Below are positions 24,707-34,726 of a stretch of DNA of 64,000 nucleotides, one piece after another. Source of the DNA: an uncultured Gemmatimonadales bacterium (GTDB lineage: Bacteria > Gemmatimonadota > Gemmatimonadetes > Gemmatimonadales > GWC2-71-9); NCBI GenBank assembly GCA_963730185.1, contig CAVSQW010000015.1, positions 192,001-256,000 on the forward strand, in the 5' to 3' direction. The translations under genes and the position numbers were made by a program. Under the pieces are notes generated by a model. That model saw only the letters and a list, made by a program, of their open reading frames with translations. It was not told where the DNA came from and made no database searches. Positions within the stretch are counted from its first letter, which is position 1. Every line of letters begins with the position of its first letter.

Positions 24707-25075
24707 ATGGCCGAGGGACACGCAATTCAACGCTACGTCCGGCAGTCGCCGCGGAAGATGCGGCTCGTGATCGATTTGATCCGGGGCCTGGACGTCAACG
24801 AGGCGATCGCGATCCTCAAGTTCAACAAGCGGATCGCGGCGCGGCAGATCGCGAAGACGCTGAAGAGCGCGGTGTCGAACGCGGAGCAGAAGGCGCTCCT
24901 GGAAAACGAGCGGTTCGACGCGGACGAGCTGGTGGTGTCGAAGGCGATCATCAACGGCGGGACCCCGCTCCGGCGGATTCAGGCGGCGGCGCAGGGACGG
25001 GCCACGCCGATCCGGAAGCGGACCAGTCACGTGGAAATCCACGTGCGCAGCAAGTCGACCAAGGAGAAGGCCTGA
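24707..25075 (+). CDS. rplV: 50S ribosomal protein L22
   Basis: [22 protein letters not shown]. Confidence 0.97.
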   Translation: MAEGHAIQRYVRQSPRKMRLVIDLIRGLDVNEAIAILKFNKRIAARQIAKTLKSAVSNAEQKALLENERFDADELVVSKAIINGGTPLRRIQAAAQGRATPIRKRTSHVEIHVRSKSTKEKA

Positions 25076-25734
25076 TGGGTCAGAAGACCAATCCGGTGGG
25101 ATTCCGGCTGGGCATCGTCAAGCCGTGGCTCTCCCGCTGGTACGCGGGGAAGGAGATGCCGGCCCTCCTCAAGGAGGACGAGCTGATCCGGAAGTACCTG
25201 TCGACCCGGCTGGGCCATGCGGCGATCGCCGAGATCCACATCGAGCGGCGGCCGGGCAAGGTCACGGTGACCATCCATACCGGGCGACCGGGCGTGGTGA
25301 TCGGGAAGAAGGGCGCCGAGGTGGACAAGCTCCGCGACGAGCTGGCCCAGCTGACCGGCAAGGATGCGGCGATCAACGTCGAGGAGATCAAGCGGCCGGA
25401 GACGTCGGCGCAGCTGGTCGGCGACAACATCGCCCATCAGATCGTCCAGCGGATCTCGTTCCGCCGGGCGATGAAGCGGGCGGTGCAGTCGGCCATGCGG
25501 ATGGGCGCCCAGGGCATCAAGGTGCGCGTCTCGGGGCGGCTCGGCGGGGCCGAGATCGCGCGGACCGAGGGGTATCACGAGGGGCGGGTGCCGCTCCACA
25601 CCCTTCGGGCCGACATCGACTACGCCACGAGCACCGCGAAGACCACCTACGGCACCGTGGGGGTGAAGGTCTGGATCTTCCGGGGTGAGGTCGTCGAGGA
25701 CGTCGGCGGCCGCACCTACAGCACGGGGAGCTGA
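25075..25734 (+). CDS. rpsC: 30S ribosomal protein S3
   Basis: [36 protein letters not shown]. Confidence 0.99.
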   Translation: MGQKTNPVGFRLGIVKPWLSRWYAGKEMPALLKEDELIRKYLSTRLGHAAIAEIHIERRPGKVTVTIHTGRPGVVIGKKGAEVDKLRDELAQLTGKDAAINVEEIKRPETSAQLVGDNIAHQIVQRISFRRAMKRAVQSAMRMGAQGIKVRVSGRLGGAEIARTEGYHEGRVPLHTLRADIDYATSTAKTTYGTVGVKVWIFRGEVVEDVGGRTYSTGS

Positions 25735-25737
25735 GGG

Positions 25738-26151
25738 ATGCTGGCACCAAAGCGGATCAAGTTCCGGAAGCAGTTCAAGGGGCGGACCCGGGGTACGGCC
25801 CATCGGGGCAGCACGGTCGCGTTCGGGGAGTACGGCCTGGCGGCGATGGAGCCGGGCTGGATCACCAACCGGCAGATCGAGGCCTCGCGGGTCGCGATCA
25901 CCCGGGCCATGAAGCGGGGCGGCAAGCTCTGGATCCGGATCTTCCCGGACAAGCCAGTCACCAAGAAGCCGGCCGAGACTCGGATGGGCAGTGGCAAGGG
26001 TAACCCGGAAGGGTGGGTCGCGGTGGTCAAGCCGGCCCGGCTGATCTTCGAGATCGAGGGCGTGCCGGAGGAGGTGGCGCGGGCGGCGTTCTCGCTGGCC
26101 TCGGCCAAGCTGCCGGTCAAGACGCGCTTCGTGAAGCGCGAGGAGGGCTGA
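25738..26151 (+). CDS. rplP: 50S ribosomal protein L16
   Basis: [16 protein letters not shown]. Confidence 0.99.
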   Translation: MLAPKRIKFRKQFKGRTRGTAHRGSTVAFGEYGLAAMEPGWITNRQIEASRVAITRAMKRGGKLWIRIFPDKPVTKKPAETRMGSGKGNPEGWVAVVKPARLIFEIEGVPEEVARAAFSLASAKLPVKTRFVKREEG

Positions 26152-26154
26152 GCG

Positions 26155-26358
26155 ATGAAGTCCCTCAAGGCGAGCGACCTGGCCGATTTGACGGTCGAGG
26201 AGCTCCAGGCCAAGCTGGCGGAGCTCCGGGAAGACCAGTTCCGGCTCCGGTTCCGCTCGGCGACCGAGGCGATCGACAATCCGCTCCAGTTCCGGACCCG
26301 GCGGCGGGACATCGCCCGGGTGCTGACGGTGCTCAAGCAGAGGGAACAGGCGCAGTGA
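26155..26358 (+). CDS. rpmC: 50S ribosomal protein L29
   Basis: [14 protein letters not shown]; operon position. Confidence 0.96.
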   Translation: MKSLKASDLADLTVEELQAKLAELREDQFRLRFRSATEAIDNPLQFRTRRRDIARVLTVLKQREQAQ

Positions 26359-26395
26359 GCCGCGGGGCCCCGATGCGGCCCGGGAGAGAGTAGCG

Positions 26396-26671
26396 ATGAC
26401 GGACGAGACGACGACGACCACCGACCGGACCCGGCGGAAGACCCGGACCGGGGTGGTGACCAGCGACAAGATGACCGGGACGGTCACGGTCCTGCTGACC
26501 CGGCGGATGGCGCATCCGATCTACGGGAAGCGGATCACCCGGGAGAAGAAGATCAAGGCCCGGAACGGCCAGGACGCCCGGATGGGCGATCTGGTGCGGG
26601 TCATGGAGACTCGGCCGCTCGCCAAGACGGTTCGCTGGCGGGTGACGGAGATCATCGAACGAGCGAAGTAG
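26396..26671 (+). CDS. rpsQ: 30S ribosomal protein S17
   Basis: [22 protein letters not shown]. Confidence 0.97.
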   Translation: MTDETTTTTDRTRRKTRTGVVTSDKMTGTVTVLLTRRMAHPIYGKRITREKKIKARNGQDARMGDLVRVMETRPLAKTVRWRVTEIIERAK

Positions 26672-26692
26672 GCTCTCGCGGAGAGTGGACCG

Positions 26693-27061
26693 ATGGTTCA
26701 GCAAGAGACGATCGTCCGAATCGCGGATAACAGCGGCGCCCGCAAGGCGCTCGTGATCCGCGTGCTCGGCGGTTCCAAACGGCGGTACGCGGGCCTCGGC
26801 GACGTGGTGATCGTCGCGATCAAGGACGCCATTCCGACCGGTCAGGTGAAGAAGGGCGACGTGGCCCGGGCGGTACTGGTCCGGACGGCCAAGGAGACCC
26901 GTCGCCGAGACGGCTCGTACATCCGCTTCGACGACAACGCCGCGGTGCTCATCAGCGACACCGGCGAGCCGCGAGCCACCCGGATCTTCGGCCCCGTGGC
27001 CCGGGAGCTCCGTGAGAAGCGTTACATGAAGATCGTGTCGCTGGCGCCGGAGGTGATCTGA
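26693..27061 (+). CDS. rplN: 50S ribosomal protein L14
   Basis: [24 protein letters not shown]. Confidence 0.99.
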   Translation: MVQQETIVRIADNSGARKALVIRVLGGSKRRYAGLGDVVIVAIKDAIPTGQVKKGDVARAVLVRTAKETRRRDGSYIRFDDNAAVLISDTGEPRATRIFGPVARELREKRYMKIVSLAPEVI

Positions 27062-27062
27062 C

Positions 27063-27446
27063 ATGCGTCGACTGGTTCATCGGAAAGCCCGCCGGGTCCG
27101 GCAGAAGCCGGTGGTCCGGGTGGCGATGCCCGTCACCAAGGGCGACACCGTCCAGGTGATCGCGGGTGAGTTCGCCGGGCAGCGGGCCCGGGTGCTCCGG
27201 GTCCACCTCAAGACGGGCCGGGTCACGCTCGAGGGCGTGAACCTCATCAAGAAGCACCTTCGGGCCCAGCAGGCCGGAGGCGAGTCGGGCATCATCGAGC
27301 GTCCGGCGCCGATCCATCACTCCAACGTGATGTTGATCGATCCCAAGAGTAGCGAGCCCACCCGGGTCCGTCGCCGGCAGAACAAGGACGGGACCGTGGA
27401 GCGGATCGCGGTGAAGTCGGGCCAGTCGATCCCGAGGAGTCGGTAA
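27063..27446 (+). CDS. rplX: 50S ribosomal protein L24
   Basis: [10 protein letters not shown] (KOW motif), APIHHSNV. Confidence 0.96.
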   Translation: MRRLVHRKARRVRQKPVVRVAMPVTKGDTVQVIAGEFAGQRARVLRVHLKTGRVTLEGVNLIKKHLRAQQAGGESGIIERPAPIHHSNVMLIDPKSSEPTRVRRRQNKDGTVERIAVKSGQSIPRSR

Positions 27447-27448
27447 CG

Positions 27449-28138
27449 ATGGCTGAGGCGAAGAAGGGCAAGGGGCCCGCCAAGGGCGGGGCGCCCGCGA
27501 AGGGCAAGGGGAAGGGTGACAAGGGCAAGGGGCCCTCGGGTGCCGATCCGGCCCCGAAGGCGTCCGAAGGGACGCCCCGGCTCCAGACCCACTACCAGAC
27601 CACGGTCCGGGAGCGGCTGGTGAAGCAGTTCGGGCTCACCAACCCGCATCAGATCCCTCGGTTGGTCAAGGTGGTGCTCAACGTGGGCGTGGGCGAGGCG
27701 AGCAAGAACCCGAAGAGCCTCGACGCCGTGATCGATGAGATGACGGTGATCTCGGGGCAGCGGCCGGTGGTCACCCGGGCCAAGAAGGCGATTTCGAACT
27801 TCGGGCTGCGGGCCGGCGTGCCGGTGGGCGTGATGGTGACGCTTCGGGGCGCCCGGATGTACGAGTTCCTGGACCGGTTCATCGCCCTGGCGGTGCCGCG
27901 GACCCGTGATTTCCGGGGGCTCCCCAGCCGGAGCTTCGATGGACGGGGCAACTACTCGTTCGGGATCAAGGAGCAGCTGATCTTCCCGGAGATCGACTAC
28001 GACAAGGTCGAGAAGATCCACGGGATGGACATCACGATCGTCACCAGCGCCGAGCGGGACGACCTCGCGCTCGCGCTGCTCAGGGAGTTCGGTTGGCCGT
28101 TCCGGGGCGAGACCCCGCAGCGGATCATGGCGGCGTAA
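27449..28138 (+). CDS. rplE: 50S ribosomal protein L5 with K/G/P-rich N-terminal extension
   Basis: [29 protein letters not shown]. Confidence 0.98.
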   Translation: MAEAKKGKGPAKGGAPAKGKGKGDKGKGPSGADPAPKASEGTPRLQTHYQTTVRERLVKQFGLTNPHQIPRLVKVVLNVGVGEASKNPKSLDAVIDEMTVISGQRPVVTRAKKAISNFGLRAGVPVGVMVTLRGARMYEFLDRFIALAVPRTRDFRGLPSRSFDGRGNYSFGIKEQLIFPEIDYDKVEKIHGMDITIVTSAERDDLALALLREFGWPFRGETPQRIMAA

Positions 28139-28156
28139 GGAGCGGGACGAGAGGCT

Positions 28157-28342
28157 ATGGCCAAGACCTGTTGGATCGAGCGCGCCAAGCGGGCGCCCAA
28201 GTTCAAGTCGCGGGTGGTGCGGCGCTGTCAGCGGTGTGGTCGGTCGCGGGCGGTGCTGCGGAAGTTCGGTCTCTGCCGGATCTGTTTCCGGGACCTGGCG
28301 CTTCGCGGGCATCTGCCCGGCGTCCGCAAGGCGAGCTGGTAA
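28157..28342 (+). CDS. rpsN: 30S ribosomal protein S14, zinc-binding type
   Basis: 61 aa, CQRC...[12 protein letters not shown]. Confidence 0.97.
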   Translation: MAKTCWIERAKRAPKFKSRVVRRCQRCGRSRAVLRKFGLCRICFRDLALRGHLPGVRKASW

Positions 28343-28357
28343 GGGGAAGGATCGACC

Positions 28358-28753
28358 ATGAGCATGACAGATCCCGTCGCGGATATGCTGACCCGGATCC
28401 GCAACGCGTGTGCGGCGGGCCACAAGCGGGTGGACCTTCCGAGCTCCAAGCTGAAAACGGAGCTCGCCCGGATCCTCCAGGATCACCATTACATCGCCGA
28501 CTATCGGGTGGTGGAGGGGGCGGGCCGGGAGGTGCTCCGGCTCACGCTCCGCTACTACCAGGATCGGCCGGTGATCCGGGAGCTCAAACGGGTGTCCAGC
28601 CCAGGCCTCCGGCGCTACGTGAAATGCCGCGAGCTGCCGCGAGTGAAGAACGGCCTTGGCATCGCGATCGTGTCGACCCCACGGGGGCTGATGAGCGATC
28701 GCGACGCCCGGGCTCAGAATCTGGGCGGCGAGCTCCTCGCCGTCGTCTGGTAG
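28358..28753 (+). CDS. rpsH: 30S ribosomal protein S8
   Basis: DPVADMLTRIRNA, VSSPGLRRY, GGELL. Confidence 0.99.
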   Translation: MSMTDPVADMLTRIRNACAAGHKRVDLPSSKLKTELARILQDHHYIADYRVVEGAGREVLRLTLRYYQDRPVIRELKRVSSPGLRRYVKCRELPRVKNGLGIAIVSTPRGLMSDRDARAQNLGGELLAVVW

Positions 28754-28761
28754 GAGGCGCC

Positions 28762-29301
28762 GTGTCGCGAATCGGCAAGCATCCGGTCCCCGTCCCCAAG
28801 GGCGTGACCGTCGAGATCGCCGGGAGCCGGATCGTCGTGAAGGGTCCCAAGGGCCAGCTGGAGCGGGCGCTCCACCCGTCGATGAAGGTGGCGATGGTGG
28901 ACGGCCAGGTGTCGGTCCAGCGGCCCGACGATCAGGAGCGGCACAAGGCGCTCCACGGGCTCTCCCGGACCCTGGTAGCCAACATGGTCGAAGGCGTCGC
29001 GACCGGGTTCGAGCGGGTGCTCGAGATCCAGGGCGTGGGGTACCGGGCGGAGGCCAAGGGCAAGGCCCTGACGCTGGTGGTAGGGCTGTCGCACCCGGTG
29101 ACGATCCAGGCGCCCGACAGCGTCACGCTGACGGTGGAGAACAACACGATCGTGAAGGTCGCCGGCCCCAACAAGGAGCTCGTGGGGCAGGTCGCGGCCG
29201 AGATCCGGTCGATCCGGCCGCCCGAGCCCTACAAGGGCAAGGGGATCCGGTATCAGGGTGAGCGGGTCCGGCGTAAGGCCGGCAAGACAGGAGCGAAGTA
29301 A
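28762..29301 (+). CDS. rplF: 50S ribosomal protein L6
   Basis: GTG start after [24 protein letters not shown]. Confidence 0.98.
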   Translation: MSRIGKHPVPVPKGVTVEIAGSRIVVKGPKGQLERALHPSMKVAMVDGQVSVQRPDDQERHKALHGLSRTLVANMVEGVATGFERVLEIQGVGYRAEAKGKALTLVVGLSHPVTIQAPDSVTLTVENNTIVKVAGPNKELVGQVAAEIRSIRPPEPYKGKGIRYQGERVRRKAGKTGAK

Positions 29302-29672
29302 TGCGCGCCATTCACGCGCCCAAGACGCGGACCCAGCTGCGCTATCGGCGCCATCTCCGGGTCCGGAAGAAGGTGGCCGGGACCGCCGAGCGGCCCCGCC
29401 TGGTGGTGTTCCGCTCCCTCAAGCACGTCTACGCTCAGCTGGTCGACGACGATCGGGGTGTGGTGTTGATGGGGGTGAGCGACCGGAGCAAGGGCGTCGC
29501 GATCGAAGGCACCGGCAAGGTGGCCAAAGCGGCGGCGACCGGCAAGCTGCTGGCGGAGCGGGCCAAGGCGGCCGGGCTGGCCAAAGTGGTCTTCGACCGG
29601 GCGGGTTATCGGTATCACGGGCGGGTCAAGGCGGTCGCCGACGGCGCCCGCGCTGGCGGATTGGAGTTCTGA
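29301..29672 (+). CDS. rplR: 50S ribosomal protein L18
   Basis: [21 protein letters not shown]. Confidence 0.98.
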   Translation: MRAIHAPKTRTQLRYRRHLRVRKKVAGTAERPRLVVFRSLKHVYAQLVDDDRGVVLMGVSDRSKGVAIEGTGKVAKAAATGKLLAERAKAAGLAKVVFDRAGYRYHGRVKAVADGARAGGLEF

Positions 29673-29673
29673 G

Positions 29674-30297
29674 ATGACGGGACCGGGCGATTCGAATCAG
29701 GCGACGCAGTCGGGGCCGGGTGGCCAGCAGCGGGGGCGTCGGGGCGGCCGCGGTGATCGCGGGCGTCGCGGCGACGGCCCCCGCCGGGACCGCGACTCGT
29801 CGAGCGAGTTCATCGAGAAGGTGGTGGAGATCAACCGCGTCGCCAAGGTGGTGAAGGGCGGTCGGCGGTTCTCGTTCAACGCCCTGGTGGCGGTCGGCGA
29901 CGGCAAGGGCCGGGTCGGCATCGCCATGGGCAAGGCGAACGAGGTCTCGGAAGCGGTGCGGAAGGCGGTCGAGGCTGCCAAGCGGGGGATGGTGGAGGTG
30001 CCCCGGACCGGGACGACGATCCCGCACGAGGTGCAGGGCCGGCACGGCGCCGGCGTCGTGATGCTCAAGCCGGCGGCCACCGGGACCGGGGTGATCGCCG
30101 GCGGCGCGGTGCGGGCGGTGCTCGAGTGCGCCGGCGTCACCGACATCCTGACCAAGAGCCTGGGCTCGACCAATCCTCACAACATGGTCCGCGCCACCAT
30201 GCAGGGGCTCAAAGACCTGGTGTCGGTCGCGCAGGTGGCGCGGGAGCGGGGCGTCGAGGTGGACTCCCTCCCCTACCGGCCACGGCAGGAGGGCTGA
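29674..30297 (+). CDS. rpsE: 30S ribosomal protein S5
   Basis: [26 protein letters not shown]-rich N-terminus. Confidence 0.99.
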   Translation: MTGPGDSNQATQSGPGGQQRGRRGGRGDRGRRGDGPRRDRDSSSEFIEKVVEINRVAKVVKGGRRFSFNALVAVGDGKGRVGIAMGKANEVSEAVRKAVEAAKRGMVEVPRTGTTIPHEVQGRHGAGVVMLKPAATGTGVIAGGAVRAVLECAGVTDILTKSLGSTNPHNMVRATMQGLKDLVSVAQVARERGVEVDSLPYRPRQEG

Positions 30298-30300
30298 GCG

Positions 30301-30561
30301 ATGGGACGGAATCCAGTCGTAGGTCGGCAGGGGCCGGCCTATCATGCGGCCACGGTGCCCTCCGAGCAGGAGGCGGCCCGAATTCGGGTCCGCCAGATCC
30401 GGTCGACGATCGGGCACCCCGACACCATGCGCCGCACGCTCGCGGCGCTAGGGCTTCACAAGCATCAGGCGACCGTCGAGCTCCCGAACAACGCCTCCGT
30501 GCGCGGCATGCTGTTCAAGGTGCGGCACATGGTAGTGGTGGAGCCGGCGGGGGCTGAGTAG
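30301..30561 (+). CDS. rpmD: 50S ribosomal protein L30
   Basis: RQIRSTIG, TLAALGL, RGMLFKVRHMV. Confidence 0.93.
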   Translation: MGRNPVVGRQGPAYHAATVPSEQEAARIRVRQIRSTIGHPDTMRRTLAALGLHKHQATVELPNNASVRGMLFKVRHMVVVEPAGAE

Positions 30562-30598
30562 ACGGGCAGGCCCCGTCCACGAAAGGACTCGCAGCACC

Positions 30599-31048
30599 AT
30601 GACCGACAAGATCATCACCCTCTCCAACCTCAAGCCGGCGCCCGGCAGCAACGTGGCCCGTCGTCGGGTCGGGCGCGGACCGGGGAGCGGCCTGGGCAAG
30701 ACCTCCGGCAAGGGCCACAAGGGCCACAAGGCCCGGGCCGGTGGCTCCACCAATCCGGGCTTCGAAGGCGGGCAGATGCCGATGTACCGGCGACTGCCCA
30801 AGCGCGGCTTTACCAACCCGTTCCGGGTCGCGGCGCAGGTGGTGAACCTGAAACAGCTCGAGAGGGTGACCGGTGACGAGCTGACCCCGGAGACGCTGGC
30901 GGCGGCCGGACTGGTGAAGAAGGCCGACGTGCCCGTCAAACTCCTCGCGATGGGCGAGCCGGGGCGGGCGTTTACGGTTCGTGGCCTCGCGGTGTCGGCC
31001 GCCGCGAAGGCCAAGATCGAGGCGGCAGGCGGCAAAGTCGAGGCGTAA
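30599..31048 (+). CDS. rplO: 50S ribosomal protein L15
   Basis: GRGPGSGLGKT, FEGGQMP, RLPKRGF. Confidence 0.99.
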   Translation: MTDKIITLSNLKPAPGSNVARRRVGRGPGSGLGKTSGKGHKGHKARAGGSTNPGFEGGQMPMYRRLPKRGFTNPFRVAAQVVNLKQLERVTGDELTPETLAAAGLVKKADVPVKLLAMGEPGRAFTVRGLAVSAAAKAKIEAAGGKVEA

Positions 31049-31050
31049 CG

Positions 31051-32373
31051 GTGACCAGTCCCAAGGCGCAGATGGCCAATCTGGGCATCGACGAGGAGCT
31101 CAAGCGCAAGCTGCTCTTCACGGTGCTCGCCGTGTTCATCTACCGGCTCGGCGCCCACATCGCCGCGCCGGGGGTGAACGTGGTGGCGCTCCAGGCGTTC
31201 ATCAACCAGAACGCCGGCGCCAATACGTTCTTCCAGCTGTACGATACGCTCGGGGGCGGTCTTTACCGGGCGACGGTGTTCGCGCTGGGCATCATGCCCT
31301 ACATCTCGGCTTCGATCATCTTCCAGCTCGTCGGCGGGATCTTCCCGACCGTGAGCAAGATGCAGAAGGACGAGGAGGGGCGGAAGAAGCTCACGCAGTG
31401 GACCCGCTACATGACCATCTTCATCTCGCTGTCGCAGGCGTACACCTTCACCTTGTTCACGGAGTCGATTCCGGGCGCCATCCCGAATCCCGGCTTCGTG
31501 ACCCGGTTGACGATGGTGTTCACGCTCACGATCGGCGCGATCTTCGTCATGTGGCTGGGCGAGCAGATCACCGAGCGGGGGATCGGCAACGGTATGAGCT
31601 TGCTGATCGCGGTGTCGATCATCGAACGGCTCTGGCCGGGCACCTTCAACCTGGTCACGCTCTGGCGGACCGGGGCGCTGTCCTTGGGCGGCGTGGTCGT
31701 GGTGGTGGCCTCGGGCGTCGCCGCGGTGGCCGCGGTGGTCGGGATGACGATCGCCGCGCGCCGGATCCCCATCCAGATCCCCCGCAAGGTCATGGGACGG
31801 GGCCGGATCCGCGAAGGCCAGAAGACCTTCATCCCGATCCGGCTGATCACCGCCGGCGTGATGCCCATCGTGTTCGCGCAGACCATCATCATCATGCCGA
31901 GCACGATCGCCAACTTCACCCGGAACCAGGCGCTGACCGACATCGCCAACTACTTCACCCCGGGTGATTGGCCCTACGACGTCATCTTCTCGGTGATGAT
32001 CCTCTTGTTCAGCTACTTCTACACCTCGATCATCTTCAATTCGGTCGATCTGTCGGAGAACCTGAAGAAGCAGGGCGGCTTCATCCCGGGGGTGAAGCCC
32101 GGCGCGGCCACGGCCGACTACATCGACCAGGTGCTGGCCCGGGTCACGCTGCCGGGCGCCATCTTCCTGGCTGCCATCTCCATCATCCCAATCCTGATCG
32201 GCAAACAGGTGGGCTACCAGTCCACCTTCGGCGGGACCTCCGTTCTGATCGTGGTGGGCGTGCTTCTCGACACCATCGCCCAGATCGAGCAGCACCGGAC
32301 CCTCCGGAAGTACGACAGCTTCATGAAGACGGGTCGGGTGAAGTTCCGAGGTCGCCAGCAACGGTTCATCTGA
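31051..32373 (+). CDS. secY: Preprotein translocase SecY
   Basis: FALGIMPYISASII, WLGEQITERGIGNG, FGGTSVLIVVGV. Confidence 0.99.
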   Translation: MTSPKAQMANLGIDEELKRKLLFTVLAVFIYRLGAHIAAPGVNVVALQAFINQNAGANTFFQLYDTLGGGLYRATVFALGIMPYISASIIFQLVGGIFPTVSKMQKDEEGRKKLTQWTRYMTIFISLSQAYTFTLFTESIPGAIPNPGFVTRLTMVFTLTIGAIFVMWLGEQITERGIGNGMSLLIAVSIIERLWPGTFNLVTLWRTGALSLGGVVVVVASGVAAVAAVVGMTIAARRIPIQIPRKVMGRGRIREGQKTFIPIRLITAGVMPIVFAQTIIIMPSTIANFTRNQALTDIANYFTPGDWPYDVIFSVMILLFSYFYTSIIFNSVDLSENLKKQGGFIPGVKPGAATADYIDQVLARVTLPGAIFLAAISIIPILIGKQVGYQSTFGGTSVLIVVGVLLDTIAQIEQHRTLRKYDSFMKTGRVKFRGRQQRFI

Positions 32374-32387
32374 GCGTCGAGCGAAGG

Positions 32388-32496
32388 CGCAGGCAGTAGG
32401 CAGTGAACCAGGGAGTAGGGTCCGTCGGCCCCTACTCCCTACTCCCTACTCCCTACTCCCTCCCTACTCACCACTCACCAGTCACGACTCCCTACC
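32388..32496. repeat. Heptamer tandem array (CCTACTC)n with an inverted upstream copy forming a hairpin
   Basis: CCTACTC x4 at 32431-32458, then degenerate units; GGGAGTAGGG (32411-32420) pairs with CCCTACTCCC (32430-32439). Confidence 0.85.
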
Positions 32497-33060
32497 ATGG
32501 ATCTCCTCCTTCTCGGCCCTCCCGGCGCCGGCAAAGGCACCCAGGGCGCCATTCTCGCCGAGCGGCTGGGCATTCCGAAGATTGCGACCGGCGATCTGCT
32601 CCGCGAAGCCGTCCGCCTGGGAACGCCCCTCGGGCTCGAGGCCAAGGCCGTGATGGAGTCGGGGCGGCTGGTGAGCGACGACCTGATCATGGGGATCGTC
32701 CGTGAGGAGCTGGTCACCCCGGCCGCGAAGCAGGGGGTCATCTTCGACGGGGTGGTGCGCACCATTCCCCAGGCCGAGGGGGTCGAGCGGCTCCTGGGCG
32801 AGCTGGGGCGGAAGATGGACCAGGTGCTGTTCTTCGACGTCACCGACCGCGAGATCCTGGCCCGGATCGACAAGCGGCGGAGCGTCGAGGGCCGGGCCGA
32901 CGACGACCCCCTGGCGGTCCAGCGCCGCCTGGTGGCCTACCGGGAGCAGACCGCACCGGTCCTGGCCTGGTACGAGGTCCGGGGCGGCGTGACCAAGGTC
33001 CCGGCCGTCGGCACGGTCGAGGAGATCGCCGAGCGGGTCCGTCGGGCCCTCGGGGTCTGA
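32497..33060 (+). CDS. adk: Adenylate kinase, short-LID type
   Basis: GPPGAGKGTQ, LVSDDL, GRADD; 187 aa. Confidence 0.96.
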   Translation: MDLLLLGPPGAGKGTQGAILAERLGIPKIATGDLLREAVRLGTPLGLEAKAVMESGRLVSDDLIMGIVREELVTPAAKQGVIFDGVVRTIPQAEGVERLLGELGRKMDQVLFFDVTDREILARIDKRRSVEGRADDDPLAVQRRLVAYREQTAPVLAWYEVRGGVTKVPAVGTVEEIAERVRRALGV

Positions 33061-33083
33061 CGACTCGATTAGATTGTGGACGT

Positions 33084-33839
33084 ATGCTGACCCTGAAATC
33101 CCCCCGCGAGATCGACACGATGGCCCAGGCCGGCGCCATCGTGCACCAGACGTTGGAGCTCTGCCGCTCCCTCGTCCGGCCCGGCCTCACGACGGAAGAC
33201 CTCGACCGTGAGGCCGAGAAGTTCATCCGGAGCCACCCGGGGGCCACGCCGTCGTTCAAGGGGCTCTACGGTTTCCCCAAGAGCCTTTGCATCTCGATCA
33301 ACGAAGAGGTGGTGCACGGGATTCCCTCGCCCAAGCGGACCCTCCGCGAGGGGAACATCGTGAGCATCGACTGCGGGGTCTGCATCGACGGCTTCCATGC
33401 CGACTCGGCCACCACGGTGGCGGTCGGGTCGGCCAGCGACGAGACCCGGCACTTCCTCGAAATCACCCAGCGCGCCCTGGCGGCCGGGATCGAGCAGACC
33501 CGCCTCGGCAACCACATCGGCGACATCGGTCACGCCATCCAGAGCTTGGTGGAGCAGGAGGGCTACGGCGTCATCCGCGAGCTGGTGGGGCACGGGGTCG
33601 GGACCCGGATGCACGAGGATCCGCAGGTCCCCAACCACGGCAAGCCCAAGCGGGGCGGCCGGCTGCTCGAGGGGATGACCATCGCGATCGAGCCGATGAT
33701 CACCATGGGCGACTACAAGACCCGCGTCCTCGCCGACAAGTGGACGGTGGTGACCGTCGACGGCTCCCTTGCCGCCCACTTCGAGCACACGGTGGCGGTG
33801 ACCAAGGACGGTCCTCGGATCCTCACCCTGGCCGCCTAG
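33084..33839 (+). CDS. map: Methionine aminopeptidase type I
   Basis: CISINEEVVHGIP, GHGVG, HEDP, AIEPM, AHFEHT. Confidence 0.98.
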   Translation: MLTLKSPREIDTMAQAGAIVHQTLELCRSLVRPGLTTEDLDREAEKFIRSHPGATPSFKGLYGFPKSLCISINEEVVHGIPSPKRTLREGNIVSIDCGVCIDGFHADSATTVAVGSASDETRHFLEITQRALAAGIEQTRLGNHIGDIGHAIQSLVEQEGYGVIRELVGHGVGTRMHEDPQVPNHGKPKRGGRLLEGMTIAIEPMITMGDYKTRVLADKWTVVTVDGSLAAHFEHTVAVTKDGPRILTLAA

Positions 33840-33846
33840 CTCGGCC

Positions 33847-34641
33847 CTACCCGTCCGTCCGCCCGAGCTCCTCCAGGAGCCACCGTTGGATCGCGGGGTT
33901 GCCCGCCACCACCGGCGTGTGCTCGGGCCCGATCTCACGGCCGTCGAGGTCGGTCGCCACGCCGCCGGCCTCCCGCACCAGCAGCAGCCCGGCCGCGATG
34001 TCCCAGGGGGCCAGCACCAGCTCCCAGAACCCGTCGAACGTGCCCGCCGCCACCCAGGCCAGGTCCAGCGCCGCGGAGCCCGCGCGCCGGATGCCGCTGG
34101 TCTGCCGGAGCACCCGGGCGAACTGGTTCTGGTAACCCGGCAGGAGGTCGAGCCGCTTGAAAGGGTAGCCGGTGCCGATCAGCGCGTGGGCCGGCGCGCC
34201 GATCCGGGACACCGCGAGGCGGCGCTCGTCGCACCAGGCCCCGCCGCCCCGCCCGGCGTGGTAGGCCCGGCCGGTCTCGACGTCGAGCACCACGCCGGCC
34301 TGGAGCACTCCGTCCAGGGTGGCCCCGATCGACACCGCCACGGCCGGAAAGCCGTGCAGGAAGTTGGTGGTCCCGTCGATCGGATCGACGATCCAGACCA
34401 GCCCGTCGCGAAGCAGCTCCGGCGCGAGCTCCTCGCCGACCACTTGGGAGCCGGGCGCGCCGGCCAGCAGGGCTTCCCGGATGATCTCCTCGCTCCGGCG
34501 GTCCGACGCCGTCACGAAGTCGCTGGTGCCTTTGGTCGTCCACTGCGACGGGTCACGAGGGCGTTCGGTGCTCAGGAGGAAGGCGCGGGCCTTCCGGGCG
34601 GCCGCGACGGCCAGGCGGGCGAGCTCGGTGGGTGTCGTCAT
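33847..34641 (-). CDS. suhB: Inositol monophosphatase family (SuhB-like)
   Basis: GEE, WIVDPIDGTTNF, RRAGSAALD, WDIAAG. Confidence 0.88.
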   Translation of the reverse strand: MTTPTELARLAVAAARKARAFLLSTERPRDPSQWTTKGTSDFVTASDRRSEEIIREALLAGAPGSQVVGEELAPELLRDGLVWIVDPIDGTTNFLHGFPAVAVSIGATLDGVLQAGVVLDVETGRAYHAGRGGGAWCDERRLAVSRIGAPAHALIGTGYPFKRLDLLPGYQNQFARVLRQTSGIRRAGSAALDLAWVAAGTFDGFWELVLAPWDIAAGLLLVREAGGVATDLDGREIGPEHTPVVAGNPAIQRWLLEELGRTDG

Positions 34642-34673
34642 CCGAGAAAGATAACTCCAACTCCCGCTTGAGC

Positions 34674-34702
34674 TTGCAGGAGCGCTTCCGGCCCGCTAGC
34701 TT
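34674..34702 (+). promoter_or_regulatory. Putative sigma70 promoter of trpS
   Basis: TTGCAG-17 nt-TAGCTT, ending 24 nt before the ATG. Confidence 0.5.
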
Positions 34703-34726
34703 GACCGGGTTCTCGAGGATTTTTTC

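Noticed and set aside
32431..32496. CRISPR array
   Set aside because: 7-nt tandem units with no spacers and no cas genes.
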